Assembly: GCA_963676835.2 (NCBI GenBank) | Contig: CAXXFF010000003.1 | Location: forward strand, 1 to 64,000 | DNA: 64,000 nt | Reading direction: 5' to 3' | From: Marispirochaeta sp. | GTDB taxonomy: Bacteria; Spirochaetota; Spirochaetia; JC444; Marispirochaetaceae | Shown here: piece after piece, positions 37,935-49,261 of the stretch | Layout of the letters: each line of letters starts with the position of its first letter | How positions within the stretch are numbered: position 1 is the first letter of the stretch | Translations under genes and position numbers: made by a program | Notes under the pieces: model-generated | Told to the model about the DNA's origin: nothing | What the model saw: only the letters and a program-made list of their open reading frames with translations | The model's database searches: none

Positions 37935-39268
37935 CGGTTAATCACCATAACCGCCAGACCGGCCAAAGCAGATAACAGCGGCAGAAGTACGATGGAAAGC
38001 CAGAAAACAAGGGTACTTTCATTACTTGTCAGTATCACCGGTGTATGGTTCGGATCCCTGGAGCGGATCCCGATAAGACTCTGCTCGCTGGTAAGCCATG
38101 CAACGGAGTTCATGGCAAGATCCTTATTCCCGGCTACTTCGAAGTAGTCATTTCCGGTAAAATCCGCATCACCGTACACTACAATGCGGCTGTCCCCTGA
38201 GGAATCACCATTGTCAACGGTTAGAGCCACCCCGGTATTTACCGGTCCCTGAAGATCAACTCCGGGGGTGTAGCCTATTTCACCGCTGCTCAATCCTTCA
38301 AGATCCCTTTCCGCCCATGTTCCCTGGCTGGTACGTCCGATAAACCATGCTTCGACACCTGAAGGCAGATTATCAGCAATTTCTACTGACCGGCACACCG
38401 GATAAAGTGTAATCATCCCCAGCCCGCGCGAAATAACATGGGTACCGTAATCGTTAACAATTGGAAGCAGAACGTCTCCACCCATCATCTGGCTCTGTTC
38501 ATCGATAATGGTGTCAAGTTCCATGGTTAATCCCAAATCTTCAAGATATGCATCCAGACCGCTTCTGCGCATGGGTTCTATAAGCAGCATAAGACTGCCG
38601 CCCTTTTTAAGATAATCCTCAACGGCCTTGACTTCAGGGTCCGTAAGCGGGGTTTTCTGTCCGGCGATTACCAGTGCTTCAGCATCGGCAGGAACACCAT
38701 TTTCCCGAACAAGCAGAAGTTCTTTTACATCGTAACGTTCTGAACTAAGAGCATCGGCCAGCTGACTGTACTCCCCGCTGATCGATTTCTCACCATGTCC
38801 GGTAATGAAATAGACTACCGGGCTATGGTCATCGATGAGTCTGTTTATACCGTTGGTTACTGCTTCTTCTTCACCGCTGACAACTTTCCGGGTTTTCCCC
38901 TTGTATTCAAGAACAATCGTTCCATTGCTGCTGACACCGAATTTTTCGACCATGTTCGGATTATTTGCAGGATCGATAATTTCATAGGAAAAATGTGAAT
39001 ACTTGCTTCTGTATTCATCCAAAAGATCTTTTGTAGCCTGCCGGTCATAATCATTGGCGGTTAAAAAAGCGGTGGCTGTAAGATCGCTTCCATCGAGACT
39101 GCTGAGAACATTAACTGTCTTTTCAGACAGACTGAAAAGCCTCTTGTCTGTAAGGTCAGCCCGCATGGTAAATCGATGTGATACAAGCTGAATAAGAACC
39201 AGGACGGCAATAAAGACCAGAGGAGTTGCCAATGCTGTAAAATTTATCGGTTTTCTTTTATCTGCCAT
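37922..39268 (-). CDS. GldG-like ABC auxiliary component
   Basis: RADLT..LFSLS.KT, YFITGHGE, GDADF..N..GN. Confidence 0.85.
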   Translation of the reverse strand: MADKRKPINFTALATPLVFIAVLVLIQLVSHRFTMRADLTDKRLFSLSEKTVNVLSSLDGSDLTATAFLTANDYDRQATKDLLDEYRSKYSHFSYEIIDPANNPNMVEKFGVSSNGTIVLEYKGKTRKVVSGEEEAVTNGINRLIDDHSPVVYFITGHGEKSISGEYSQLADALSSERYDVKELLLVRENGVPADAEALVIAGQKTPLTDPEVKAVEDYLKKGGSLMLLIEPMRRSGLDAYLEDLGLTMELDTIIDEQSQMMGGDVLLPIVNDYGTHVISRGLGMITLYPVCRSVEIADNLPSGVEAWFIGRTSQGTWAERDLEGLSSGEIGYTPGVDLQGPVNTGVALTVDNGDSSGDSRIVVYGDADFTGNDYFEVAGNKDLAMNSVAWLTSEQSLIGIRSRDPNHTPVILTSNESTLVFWLSIVLLPLLSALAGLAVMVINRWRR

Positions 39269-39272
39269 ACTG

Positions 39273-40040
39273 CTAACTCTTCCATGTCCTTCGCTGTAAA
39301 TTAAAAAGGGTAAACATAAAAAACACTACCGTCAGATTCAGGTAATAGACAAAGTCATTGCTGTTTAGCACACCACGGTTGAAATCGGTAAAATGGTTGT
39401 ACACCGACATCTCGGAGAGTACTTTACCGATTACCCCTGGAAGCAGCTGAGCAGTCCATTCAAGCGCCCACAGCAGCAGGAGCACACCAAATCCAAGTAC
39501 GGCAGCTATCAGCTGATTCTCTGTCAGGGAGGAGAAAAAGGTGCCCACAGAAACAAAGGCAAGTCCGATTAAGGCAAGACCGATATAACTGGTAATAAGT
39601 GGTGCAGTTTCAACCTGCCCGAAGCTTGCAGCCATAATGGGGAACAGCATTGTTAAGACAAGAGAGATTACCAGGATAATAAATGCTGAAAGAATTTTCG
39701 CAAAAACAACGTCTGCATATCGCAGGGGGTAGCTTATGAGAAGTTCCAGGGTGCCGCTCTTTTTTTCCTCTGCAAAAAGACGCATGGTAATAAGCGGAAC
39801 AAAAATCAGCATTACAAATACATAGTTTGAATGCACCGGACGGAACACCGCTTCAGTAATATTCAAAACCATTGAACCGCCGTCATAATCACTCTGCATA
39901 CTGAGAACAGAAAAATAGAGGAAATTCTTATAGAAAAAATATCCGCAGATAAGGGTGAACATGGCAATAAACACGTAAACCATTGCGGAGGAAAGATAGG
40001 AACCCAGCTCTCTTCTGGTTACCGACCAAATACCTTTCAT
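39273..40040 (-). CDS. ABC-2 permease (GldF-like)
   Basis: TMRLFAEEKKSGTLELL; multiple TM segments. Confidence 0.9.
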   Translation of the reverse strand: MKGIWSVTRRELGSYLSSAMVYVFIAMFTLICGYFFYKNFLYFSVLSMQSDYDGGSMVLNITEAVFRPVHSNYVFVMLIFVPLITMRLFAEEKKSGTLELLISYPLRYADVVFAKILSAFIILVISLVLTMLFPIMAASFGQVETAPLITSYIGLALIGLAFVSVGTFFSSLTENQLIAAVLGFGVLLLLWALEWTAQLLPGVIGKVLSEMSVYNHFTDFNRGVLNSNDFVYYLNLTVVFFMFTLFNLQRRTWKS

Positions 40041-40990
40041 GCTGTTTCTCCTTCCTTCTTTTCACGGGTAACCAGATTGAGAAACACATCTTCAAGCCCG
40101 GCTGTAACAACTGAGAGCTCGAGGAGATCCCATCCCTTTTCGACAACAAAGCGGTTAATACTCTGCCTGGGATCCAGTTTGGAGTCGGCAGTTATTCGTA
40201 TTTTAAGTATACCGTCTTCCTGATCCTCAAGATTAACTGTATTAACCCCGTTTACCGCTTCTATACCTTTGAGTGCACTCTCTTTTTCACCGTTAATTGT
40301 GTAGATAAACTCAGAGTGGCTTTTTGCGGCTTTTGCAAGATTTTCGGGTGTATCTTGGGCGATTATTTTCCCCTTTGAAATAATGACAACCCTGTCACAA
40401 ATCATGCTGACTTCAGGAAGGATGTGGCTAGAGAGGATTATGGTACGCTCCCCTCTTAAACCCTGGATAAGATTACGGAACTCAAAAGTCTGGGTAGGAT
40501 CCAGGCCGACGGTTGGTTCATCTAATATAATAACCGGAGGATCACCCACCAGAGCCTGTGCCAGGCCTAGGCGCTGCCTGTAACCTTTTGAAAGCTTCCT
40601 TGCTGTTCTTCGTCGCATTTCCTGAAGGCTGGTTGCCTCCATGGCCTTTTCAATCTGTTCTTTTTTGCTGTTTCGCCCAACACCTTTGGCGTTGGCGACA
40701 AACCCGAGATACTGTTCTACAGTCATATCCAGGTATACCGGAGCACTTTCCGGCAGATATCCGATTCTTCTTTTTACTTCAAGTGGATCTTCCGTTATGG
40801 AATATCCATCCAGTTTAATATCCCCGGAACTTGGGGAAAATAAACCGGTCATCATACGCATGGTAGTGGTTTTACCGGCCCCGTTGGGGCCGAGAAATCC
40901 AATTGTCTCACCGCGCTCTACAGAAAAGCTTGCATTATCTACGGCCCGGAAAGGGCCGTAGTTTTTAGTAAGAGATTCAACTGAAATCAT
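40037..40990 (-). CDS. ABC ATP-binding protein (GldA-like)
   Basis: GPNGAGKTT, LSKGYRQR, ILDEPT. Confidence 0.95.
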   Translation of the reverse strand: MISVESLTKNYGPFRAVDNASFSVERGETIGFLGPNGAGKTTTMRMMTGLFSPSSGDIKLDGYSITEDPLEVKRRIGYLPESAPVYLDMTVEQYLGFVANAKGVGRNSKKEQIEKAMEATSLQEMRRRTARKLSKGYRQRLGLAQALVGDPPVIILDEPTVGLDPTQTFEFRNLIQGLRGERTIILSSHILPEVSMICDRVVIISKGKIIAQDTPENLAKAAKSHSEFIYTINGEKESALKGIEAVNGVNTVNLEDQEDGILKIRITADSKLDPRQSINRFVVEKGWDLLELSVVTAGLEDVFLNLVTREKKEGETA

Positions 40991-41022
40991 AATGATAGAT
41001 TAATAACCGTCCTGTGATGTGT

Positions 41023-42309
41023 CTATAGGTAACCGAAGAACTTCGGAGCGAAAAGAACGAGATCCGGAGCAAATGAAATCAGGCCGATTACTGCAAGATG
41101 AACGAGAAAAAACGGAAAAACCGCTTTGGCTACCCGTTCCATACTTATCTTGGCGATATCAGCACTTATAAAAAGACACAGTCCAACCGGCGGCGTAATC
41201 AGGCCGAGTGCAAGGTTTGTTATCATAAGCATGCCGAACTGAATATCATGCATACCCGCCTGATGGGCCAGAGGTGCCAGTGCCGGAGCAAGCATGATTA
41301 TTGCAGCTCCCGGGTCCATTACTGTACCTACCAGTAGTAGCAGCAGGTCGATAAGCAGAATAATGATTACAGGGCTGTCCGTAACCGCAAGTATTCCGTT
41401 TTTGATGATCAATGGCACCTGGTAGGTGCTGAGTACCCAGCTGAACAGCCGCGCCGTTGCCAGAAGCAGAAATACAGTGCCTGTGCTGTAGGCTGCATTG
41501 AGGATAATCTTGGGCAGATCTTTGAATTTAACCGTTTTGAGCACAAAAAGGCTTACAAAAAAAGCGTATCCCACAGCTACCGCAGCGGCTTCGGTGGGAG
41601 TAAATATACCGAAAAGAATACCTCCCAATATAATCAACGGCATTACCAGGGCAACGAGAGCCTGGCCGATGATAGACATGCGTTCCTTTCTGGTAAGCTT
41701 CATAACTTTTTTGGGGAAGTTATGTTTTTTGGCCAGATAGATAACAATCGCCATATCTGAGAGCCCGAACAGCACACCGAGGGGAATACCGGCGGCAAAA
41801 AGAGCACCAATGGATTGACCCATGGTGGCGCCATATATTACTGCCAGAATACTTGGCGGGATAATCGGTCCCTGCAGGGAAGACGATGCCGTTACGGCAG
41901 CACTGAAATCAGGGGTATATCCGTCTTTTTCCATGGCCGGGATCAGCATGGAGCCCAGAGCAGAGACGTCCGCCGCGGCAGATCCGGTGATCCCTCCGAA
42001 AAACATACTGGCGATGATATTTGCATGGGCCAGGGCACCGCGCATTCGTCCCACCAGCATGTCCGCAAACTTTACCAGCCGTTCCGTGATCTTGCCGCTG
42101 TTCATAAGATCACCGGCAAGAATAAAGAACGGGATACACATAAGGGGAAAGGAGTCCAGACCGGTAAAAATTCTTTGTGCAACCACCTCAAGAGGTACAG
42201 TTCCAAGAAAGATAATGCCCACCAGACCCATCAGACCCAGTGAAACTCCAACCGGTACACCAATAAACAAAGTTCCTACAAATGTCAGTATTGCTAAAAA
42301 GAGTCCCAT
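41023..42309 (-). CDS. dctM: TRAP transporter large permease
   Basis: IPFFILAG, GSAAAD, IIPPS, FTPTEA, ITPPVG. Confidence 0.95.
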   Translation of the reverse strand: MGLFLAILTFVGTLFIGVPVGVSLGLMGLVGIIFLGTVPLEVVAQRIFTGLDSFPLMCIPFFILAGDLMNSGKITERLVKFADMLVGRMRGALAHANIIASMFFGGITGSAAADVSALGSMLIPAMEKDGYTPDFSAAVTASSSLQGPIIPPSILAVIYGATMGQSIGALFAAGIPLGVLFGLSDMAIVIYLAKKHNFPKKVMKLTRKERMSIIGQALVALVMPLIILGGILFGIFTPTEAAAVAVGYAFFVSLFVLKTVKFKDLPKIILNAAYSTGTVFLLLATARLFSWVLSTYQVPLIIKNGILAVTDSPVIIILLIDLLLLLVGTVMDPGAAIIMLAPALAPLAHQAGMHDIQFGMLMITNLALGLITPPVGLCLFISADIAKISMERVAKAVFPFFLVHLAVIGLISFAPDLVLFAPKFFGYL

Positions 42310-42336
42310 CAGGTGGTTCCCTCCGATTTTTTAAGT

Positions 42337-42852
42337 TTACACACCATGTTGACCCGCCGATTCTTCGGGATTAACCAGTTTTTTCAACAGCAGGATAATG
42401 GTTTCGAATGAAAGAAACAGACCGCCCACAGGAATGGAGAGATAGGGAATCCACATGGGCCAATTCATACTTGGTGAGTGCTGATTTACCACAAAGAACG
42501 TCATCTTGACTCCGGTAATCAGCATTACCAAAAAGAAAATCAGCATGGCTACATCGGCCATAAAAAAGGCGATCCGGGAAAACCTTCCCCACAACCTTTC
42601 TACAAGTGAAGAAAGGCCGATATGCCTTTTCTGGCGCAGAGCCATACTCATTGCCAGCAGTGCCGACCAGACCATAATATATCGTGACATTTCTTCCGAC
42701 CATGAAGGAGCGGAGTTCAGTACATAACGCATGAATACCGCGTATAAAACAATAAGAGTAAGAACCGCATACAGTGCCACCAGCAGTGGTCTCATAACCA
42801 CCTGATATTTTTCACTAATCCAGTCCAGACCCGCAACAAGTGACTTAATCAT
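42337..42852 (-). CDS. dctQ: TRAP transporter small permease
   Basis: RYVL..WSEE.SRY; 4 TM segments. Confidence 0.93.
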   Translation of the reverse strand: MIKSLVAGLDWISEKYQVVMRPLLVALYAVLTLIVLYAVFMRYVLNSAPSWSEEMSRYIMVWSALLAMSMALRQKRHIGLSSLVERLWGRFSRIAFFMADVAMLIFFLVMLITGVKMTFFVVNQHSPSMNWPMWIPYLSIPVGGLFLSFETIILLLKKLVNPEESAGQHGV

Positions 42853-42913
42853 ACAAACCTACTCGCATTTCAGGGAATTTCCGTGCACAACAGAAAGTAC
42901 ACAGATGATAGAA

Positions 42914-42936
42914 TGCCCCCGGAAGTTCCGGGGGCA
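42914..42936 (-). terminator. GC-rich hairpin between dctP and dctQ
   Basis: TGCCCCCGGAA-G-TTCCGGGGGCA. Confidence 0.5.
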
Positions 42937-42971
42937 GAATTGTGAAGTAATAAGTCTTCAGGACCGCCTGA

Positions 42972-44060
42972 CTACTGGATAACAAATCCGCGGCCGGCTT
43001 CTGTACCCTTGGGGGCTACCAATCCTTTCTTTGCGTCTTCGATAGATTTAAGGAAATCATCAACCCATTTGCCGTCTATTTCGCCTTTTATCCAGTCGAT
43101 AACCGGTTTCTGGCTGGCTTCCTGGAACTGTGCAAGTTCAGCAGCGGTGGGAGTGTAAATCTCCATACCTTCTTTAATCAGCTGACCTACTGCGGTTACA
43201 CCGGAAGCATAGGTTTCAAGGGCTTTGTGAACAGTACCGGCAATATCAGCACCTTCGTACACAATCTGCTGCAGGTCTGCAGGAAGACTGTTGTAGAATT
43301 TATTGTTGATAAAGGTAAAATCGATACTGTAGATATGTCCGTCCAGGGTGTAATACTTCTGAACTTCGTAGAACTTCATAGCATTAACCAGACTTGGGGG
43401 GTTTTCCTGTCCGTCTACAACCTTCTGCTGCAGTGCGCTGTAAAGCTCACCCCAGGCAATAGGTACAGCGTTTCCGCCGAGAGCATTAACCATAGCCATA
43501 TGACCCCGGTGCTCCATGGTCCGGATCTTGAGTCCCTGAAGATCTGCAGGGGTCTTTATGGGACGAACGTTATTGGAGAAGTTACGGAAACCGTTCTGGT
43601 TTACGTCGAGACAGCGGATACCGGTATCCTTAACCATTTTACCGAGAAGATTCTTCATGTAGGGGCTGTCTGCAACGGCCCATGCCTCGGTGTAGGTCCG
43701 GAAGGAATACGGTACGGAAAGAGCCATGATTTCAGGGAAGAAGATACCTACAGTACCTTCACTGACGTTACACATCTGGATACTGCCAAGCTGAACGCCT
43801 TCCATCTGCTCACGTTCGGAACCCAGCTCATTTGCAGGATAAATCTCAACTTTGATTCTTCCTCCGGAACGGGCTTCCACGTAGTTCTTGAACATAACTG
43901 CATCAGCATGGGCAGAAGCGGTGGTAACATCGGGGGGATCGCCGGTGGCGAACTTGATCGTGTACTGAGCACCTGCACCTGCTGCTGATTCTCCCTGGCC
44001 TGCAGCAAAAAGTGCAGCAGTCATGAGTACAGCAAGTAAAACAACCAACAGTTTTCTCAT
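42972..44060 (-). CDS. dctP: TRAP substrate-binding protein
   Basis: ATG at 44060 after AGGAGG; NGFR, GLKIR, ELYSALQ..VDGQENP. Confidence 0.95.
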   Translation of the reverse strand: MRKLLVVLLAVLMTAALFAAGQGESAAGAGAQYTIKFATGDPPDVTTASAHADAVMFKNYVEARSGGRIKVEIYPANELGSEREQMEGVQLGSIQMCNVSEGTVGIFFPEIMALSVPYSFRTYTEAWAVADSPYMKNLLGKMVKDTGIRCLDVNQNGFRNFSNNVRPIKTPADLQGLKIRTMEHRGHMAMVNALGGNAVPIAWGELYSALQQKVVDGQENPPSLVNAMKFYEVQKYYTLDGHIYSIDFTFINNKFYNSLPADLQQIVYEGADIAGTVHKALETYASGVTAVGQLIKEGMEIYTPTAAELAQFQEASQKPVIDWIKGEIDGKWVDDFLKSIEDAKKGLVAPKGTEAGRGFVIQ

Positions 44061-44241
44061 AAGTTCCTCCTTATTTTTTACAAGTAAAAACGTTGTTGTT
44101 TTACGGTACCATGGGTCTGACATCACGTCAAATTAAAGTTTATTTGTATACAAAATTAAATATTTACCGGGATTCCAAAGATATTCCAGTCAATCTTGAA
44201 TTTAAGATTGAGAAAAAAGAGATCAGTTGACTGCGCAGTTT

Positions 44242-44931
44242 TTATGCACCTTTCAGGAGGTAACGCACCAGTTCAACAGAATGTCTGCTGGCGCTTTTTA
44301 AGAAATCCTGAAAATTTGAAGGTGCTGACCCATCGGCTTTATCGGAAATAAAGCGCAGGACGAGAACGGGCGTGTTGTAAACAGCGGCAGTCAATGCAAC
44401 ACTTGCACCTTCCATCTCTACCGCCATTCCCTGAAGTTCATCAAAACGGCTCTTTTTTACCGGATCATCCTTATCGGTTACAAATACATCTCCCGTGAGG
44501 ATTCGGCCGAAGTGCACGGTATACTCAGGATGGGAAAATTTTTTCATGGAAGCCAGCAGTTCAGGAGCACCTGAAATTTCACGGTAGTCAGAATAGGGAA
44601 TCTGGCCGACGGGAAAGCCAAGGGCGGTTACATCAAAATCATATTGGATACATTCTGTACCGACCACAAGATCTCCTATTTCAAGATCTCCGCTTAATCC
44701 TCCTGCAATTCCGGTAAAGAGAATAAAATCAGGATTAAATGTATTAATCATTTCAGCGGCGCTTAAGGCGGAAAGTACCTTACCCACCCCTGTTTTAGCC
44801 ACTACAACCTCATGCCCGTCCAGGGTTCCACGGAAAAAGAGCGAGGCAGAACCTGTGATCTTTTCAGAATTATCTAAAGCATGAATCAACGCCTCAACTT
44901 CTTCTTTCATAGCCCCTAATATTCCGACCAT
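44242..44931 (-). CDS. mtnN: 5'-methylthioadenosine/S-adenosylhomocysteine nucleosidase
   Basis: GAMKEE, GVGKV, TGIAGG, VEMEGA, RFISDKAD. Confidence 0.93.
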   Translation of the reverse strand: MVGILGAMKEEVEALIHALDNSEKITGSASLFFRGTLDGHEVVVAKTGVGKVLSALSAAEMINTFNPDFILFTGIAGGLSGDLEIGDLVVGTECIQYDFDVTALGFPVGQIPYSDYREISGAPELLASMKKFSHPEYTVHFGRILTGDVFVTDKDDPVKKSRFDELQGMAVEMEGASVALTAAVYNTPVLVLRFISDKADGSAPSNFQDFLKSASRHSVELVRYLLKGA

Positions 44932-45074
44932 TTTATCTCCCCGATTTTATATCTATCTGCGCAGTTTACCCCGGATTCTTATGAGTCAAGAAGAATGGAT
45001 ATCCGATTCTCACATTGAAACAGTACTCTTACTCCGGTATACTATGATCCAATTCTTCAGAACAGGACAAATGC

Positions 45075-46289
45075 ATGATAACCGTAAACGAGAACTATAG
45101 CAAACTGCAGGCTTCCTATCTTTTTGTAACCATTGCAAGAAAAGTCAAAGAGTATCAGGATGCCAATCCCCAGGCAGATTTAATCAAGCTTGGTATAGGT
45201 GACGTAACAAAACCCCTGCCCGAGGCTTGTATACAGGCATTTCAGAACGGCGTCAGCGAGATGGCGGATGAAAATACATTCCGCGGATACGGTCCGGAAC
45301 AGGGCTACGATTTCCTCCGTGCTGCCATAGCGGAGAACGATTTCAGTGGCACAGGAATAAACGCAGATGATATTTTTATTTCCGACGGTGCCAAATGCGA
45401 TACAGGCAACTTTCAGGAACTCTTCAGCCTTGATGCAAAGGTAGGAGTTCCCGATCCGGTCTATCCCGTTTATGTAGATACCAATGTCATGGCCGGCCGT
45501 ACGGGAGAATGGAAAGACGGACGTTACGAAGGTCTTTACTATCTGGAAGGGACTTCAGCCAACGGATTTATTCCCGCTCCTCCGGATGCGCCCCTTGACC
45601 TTGTGTATCTCTGCTTCCCCAACAACCCTACCGGTCAGGTAGCAACCCACTCCCAGTTGGAAGAGTGGGTAAAATATGCCAAAGAAAACAAAGCACTTAT
45701 TCTTTTTGATGCTGCTTATGAGACTTTTATTAGGGACAGCTCCCTGCCCAAATCAATTTATGAGATTCCAGGGGCACGTGAAGTAGCGGTGGAATTCAGA
45801 AGCTTCTCAAAAACCGCCGGTTTTACCGGTACTCGCTGCGCCTATACGGTAGTTCCCAAAGAGTGCCGGGGCTTTACCAGTGCCGGAGCGTCAGTTGATC
45901 TCCAGCCTCTCTGGAACAGACGTCACTCCACGAAGTTTAATGGTGTCTCCTACCCTGTTCAGCGCGCCGCGGAAGCGGTCTACTCTCCGGAAGGTAAAGC
46001 ACAGGTTAAAGGTCTTGTGGACTACTATCTGGGAAATGCTGCTGTTATCAAGGAAAAAATGGAGAATCTTGGTTTTGCCTGTGTCGGCGGAGATAACTCT
46101 CCCTATATCTGGGTGGACGGAAAAAAGGATTCCTGGGATTTCTTCGACCAGCTGTTAGCTGCCGGTGTTGTAGTAACTCCCGGTTCCGGTTTCGGACAGT
46201 GTGGAGAAGGCTTTATCAGAATAAGCGCCTTTAATGACCGGGATAAGGTAATCCAGGCCATGGGCAGAATAGAGAAATCCCTCAGTTGA
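45075..46289 (+). CDS. dapL: LL-diaminopimelate aminotransferase
   Basis: [42 protein letters not shown]. Confidence 0.95.
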   Translation: MITVNENYSKLQASYLFVTIARKVKEYQDANPQADLIKLGIGDVTKPLPEACIQAFQNGVSEMADENTFRGYGPEQGYDFLRAAIAENDFSGTGINADDIFISDGAKCDTGNFQELFSLDAKVGVPDPVYPVYVDTNVMAGRTGEWKDGRYEGLYYLEGTSANGFIPAPPDAPLDLVYLCFPNNPTGQVATHSQLEEWVKYAKENKALILFDAAYETFIRDSSLPKSIYEIPGAREVAVEFRSFSKTAGFTGTRCAYTVVPKECRGFTSAGASVDLQPLWNRRHSTKFNGVSYPVQRAAEAVYSPEGKAQVKGLVDYYLGNAAVIKEKMENLGFACVGGDNSPYIWVDGKKDSWDFFDQLLAAGVVVTPGSGFGQCGEGFIRISAFNDRDKVIQAMGRIEKSLS

Positions 46290-46326
46290 AACCCGGGATT
46301 AACTGTAAAAGGAACATAAAGTAACG

Positions 46327-48189
46327 ATGAAAGGCTCCTTTTTATCCGGGTTTTCAGCTCATGATTTTTATAACAGCATCCGCGGGGTTATCTCCCGCGG
46401 CTTTAATCCGGAAAAATTGGGGCTGATACTTTCAGCTTCCGGCTGGCGGGGTGTTTTTTCCTCTGACGAAGAGAACCGGAATGCACTGCCCCTGCCGGAA
46501 ATGGGGGCTGCAGCTCTCGCCATGGCCGGGGCTGCAGCTGAGTTTTTCATTGGTGAATGCAGGACAATAAATAATTCGGACTTGCAGATACTGCTCGGCT
46601 GTGATGCCCGCCCAACCGGCTCTGCCATTGTGGATATTTTTACCCGGGTATTTCTTCTCAGCGGCCTTAATCCCTCGGTGACCGGAATCTCTGCAGCTCC
46701 GGAAATTATGGCCGCCGCACGCAATACAGCCAAGTATGCCGGGTTCTGTTACATCAGTGCCAGTCATAATCCGGTTGGTCACAACGGGGTCAAACTTGGC
46801 CGAACCGACGGCGGCGTTCTTCCCGGAGAAGATGCAGCACCGCTTATAGAAAAGGTCAGAAAGAATCTTCAAAATCCGGCACTGCTGACAGAACTCTGCA
46901 ATCAGTGTATGGAATTGAAAGATAATACCCTCTCAAACATCTATTCATCCATGGATGTGAAGAAATCGGAAATACTCAATGATTACAGCAGATTTACCAC
47001 TGAAGTTGTATTCGGAAATTATGCGGATCAAAGAACAAAACTCATCTCCAACCTGAAGGAATTACCCCTGGGAGTTGTGGGAGAACTGAACGGCAGCGCC
47101 AGAGGTGTCTCCATAGACGGAGATTTTTTTGCCCAGACCGGGTTGAAATACCGGCTTATAAACGACACTCCCGGTAAAGATATTGTTCACCCCATACTGC
47201 CGGAAGGAGATAACCTTAATGATTGCTGCAGATATCTTGAAAAGGTATACAGCGGAGATCCGGATTTTCAGTTAGGCTATGTTCCCGATAACGACGGTGA
47301 CCGCGGTAATCTTGTGTACATTGATCCTGAAACCGGAAAAGCCCACGCCCTTGGAGCACAGGAAGTTTTCGCACTCTCCGTATTATCTGAGCTCTCCTGC
47401 GAGAGACTTTTTTCGCGTAATGCTTCTGATCTTGCAGTCGCTGTAAACGGTCCTACATCAATCAGGATAGACAGAATTGCGGAACTGTTTGATGCTCAGG
47501 TTTACCGTGCCGAAGTCGGTGAAGCCAATGTGGTTAATCTTGCACGGAAAATCCGCAACAGCGGCAGTAATGTAAGAATCCTCGGTGAAGGATCAAACGG
47601 CGGCACCATAACCTATCCTGCCGCTGTACGAGACCCGCTGAATACCATTTTAGCCTTTGTTAAACTGCTTCGCCTTAAAACAACCGATGGTATTACCCCG
47701 GCAGAAGAGTGGCTTAATCGAGCTGGTAAACCGCTGAAAGATGGAGAAAAACTCTCTATCCGGCGAATTCTCGACAGTCTGCCGGTATTTCAGACTACCC
47801 CTACCGGTGAGTCCCGGGCAAAATATCCGGTAAAAACTGCTGATCACAACCTGTTAAAAAGCAGATATGAGACGGTTTTTACCGAAAACTGGATAGACAG
47901 ACCTGCATTAATAAATGATCTGGGAATAACTGATTACAGGTTCATCAATTATGAAGGAATCGAAACCATCCTTGGCCCCGGAGGGCGTAAGGGCACCGGC
48001 CGGGGTGGATTTAAAGTGGAACTCACGGACAAAGACGGCAAAGCCTGCGGTTTTCTGTGGATGCGCGGATCCGGTACAGAACCTGTTTTCCGGGTTATGG
48101 CGGACATTGCAAGCCCTGAAGCCGGAATGGAAGAAACTCTGCTTAACTGGCACAGAGAAGTACTTAAAGAAGCGGATAACGCGGGTTAA
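46327..48189 (+). CDS. Phosphoglucomutase/phosphomannomutase family protein
   Basis: SASHNP, DNDGDR, RGSGTEP. Confidence 0.88.
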   Translation: MKGSFLSGFSAHDFYNSIRGVISRGFNPEKLGLILSASGWRGVFSSDEENRNALPLPEMGAAALAMAGAAAEFFIGECRTINNSDLQILLGCDARPTGSAIVDIFTRVFLLSGLNPSVTGISAAPEIMAAARNTAKYAGFCYISASHNPVGHNGVKLGRTDGGVLPGEDAAPLIEKVRKNLQNPALLTELCNQCMELKDNTLSNIYSSMDVKKSEILNDYSRFTTEVVFGNYADQRTKLISNLKELPLGVVGELNGSARGVSIDGDFFAQTGLKYRLINDTPGKDIVHPILPEGDNLNDCCRYLEKVYSGDPDFQLGYVPDNDGDRGNLVYIDPETGKAHALGAQEVFALSVLSELSCERLFSRNASDLAVAVNGPTSIRIDRIAELFDAQVYRAEVGEANVVNLARKIRNSGSNVRILGEGSNGGTITYPAAVRDPLNTILAFVKLLRLKTTDGITPAEEWLNRAGKPLKDGEKLSIRRILDSLPVFQTTPTGESRAKYPVKTADHNLLKSRYETVFTENWIDRPALINDLGITDYRFINYEGIETILGPGGRKGTGRGGFKVELTDKDGKACGFLWMRGSGTEPVFRVMADIASPEAGMEETLLNWHREVLKEADNAG

Positions 48190-49184
48190 ACAATACCGAT
48201 TGCCCTGCGCAGACGCCGGATAGTCCCTGCTGCAATTTCCCGGGCCTGTTCCGCTCCACGGGAAAGAATCGCATCTATGACGGATGTATCCGCCATCAGC
48301 TGATCATATTTTTCCCGGTACGGCCCTATTTCACGGTCCATGCATTCAAACAGTTCCTGTTTCGCTTCGCCCCAACCCATTCCGCCGGCCCTGTATCGCG
48401 CTGCCAGTTCCTGCTGCTCATCTTCGGTTGCAAAGAGCCGGTACAGATTGAAAACATTGCAGCTTTCAGGTTCCTTAGGTTCTTCCACCCCCTGAGAATT
48501 GGTAACGATCTTCATTATAGTTTTACGCAGCTTTTTTGCCGGTGTAAAAAGAGGTATGGTATTGCCATAGCTTTTACTCATTTTACGCCCGTCCATTCCG
48601 GGAATGATCTGGGTAGTCTCGTTTATAATCGGTTCGGGGATAACCAGCAAATCTTCTTTATAATTACTGTTAATGGCCTGGGCAATGTCTGCAGTCATTT
48701 CTATATGCTGCTTCTGATCCTTTCCCACGGGAACAACATTACTGTCAAACAGCAGGATGTCTGCAGCCATCAGGACTGGATAAGTATAGAGCCCCATATT
48801 TATTCCTTTATCCGGATCCTTTCCTGCACGTTTATTATCTTCAGAAACTGCTTTATATGCATGGGCCCGGTTCATCAGGCCCTTGCTGGTAAAAGCCATT
48901 AAAATAGTCGAGAGCTCAAAGGTTTCGGGAACAGATGACTGCTTGTACACAAGAGATTTCTCGGGATCAAGCCCGCAAGCAAGCCAGGTTGCAGCTACCT
49001 GATAGGTCTGCTCTTTCAATTTGGCCGGATCCCTCTCACTGTTCAGGGCATGGTAATCGGCAATAAAATAGCGTGTCTCGTACTCTTTAACCAGCTGAAG
49101 TGCCGGTTTTATAGCGCCGAAATAGTTTCCAATGTGAGGGGTGCCGGTTGGCTTTATGCCGGTAAGTGAAATCTTTGTGTCCAT
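48186..49184 (-). CDS. trpS: Tryptophan-tRNA ligase
   Basis: TGIKPTG.PHIGN, VPVGKDQ, KMSKS. Confidence 0.97.
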   Translation of the reverse strand: MDTKISLTGIKPTGTPHIGNYFGAIKPALQLVKEYETRYFIADYHALNSERDPAKLKEQTYQVAATWLACGLDPEKSLVYKQSSVPETFELSTILMAFTSKGLMNRAHAYKAVSEDNKRAGKDPDKGINMGLYTYPVLMAADILLFDSNVVPVGKDQKQHIEMTADIAQAINSNYKEDLLVIPEPIINETTQIIPGMDGRKMSKSYGNTIPLFTPAKKLRKTIMKIVTNSQGVEEPKEPESCNVFNLYRLFATEDEQQELAARYRAGGMGWGEAKQELFECMDREIGPYREKYDQLMADTSVIDAILSRGAEQAREIAAGTIRRLRRAIGIV

Positions 49185-49261
49185 GATTTTTGGAGACTCC
49201 CTGATGCATTAAATGAATGATCAACACTATACCCGGAAGGGGAATGCAACCTCAAGTGCCT

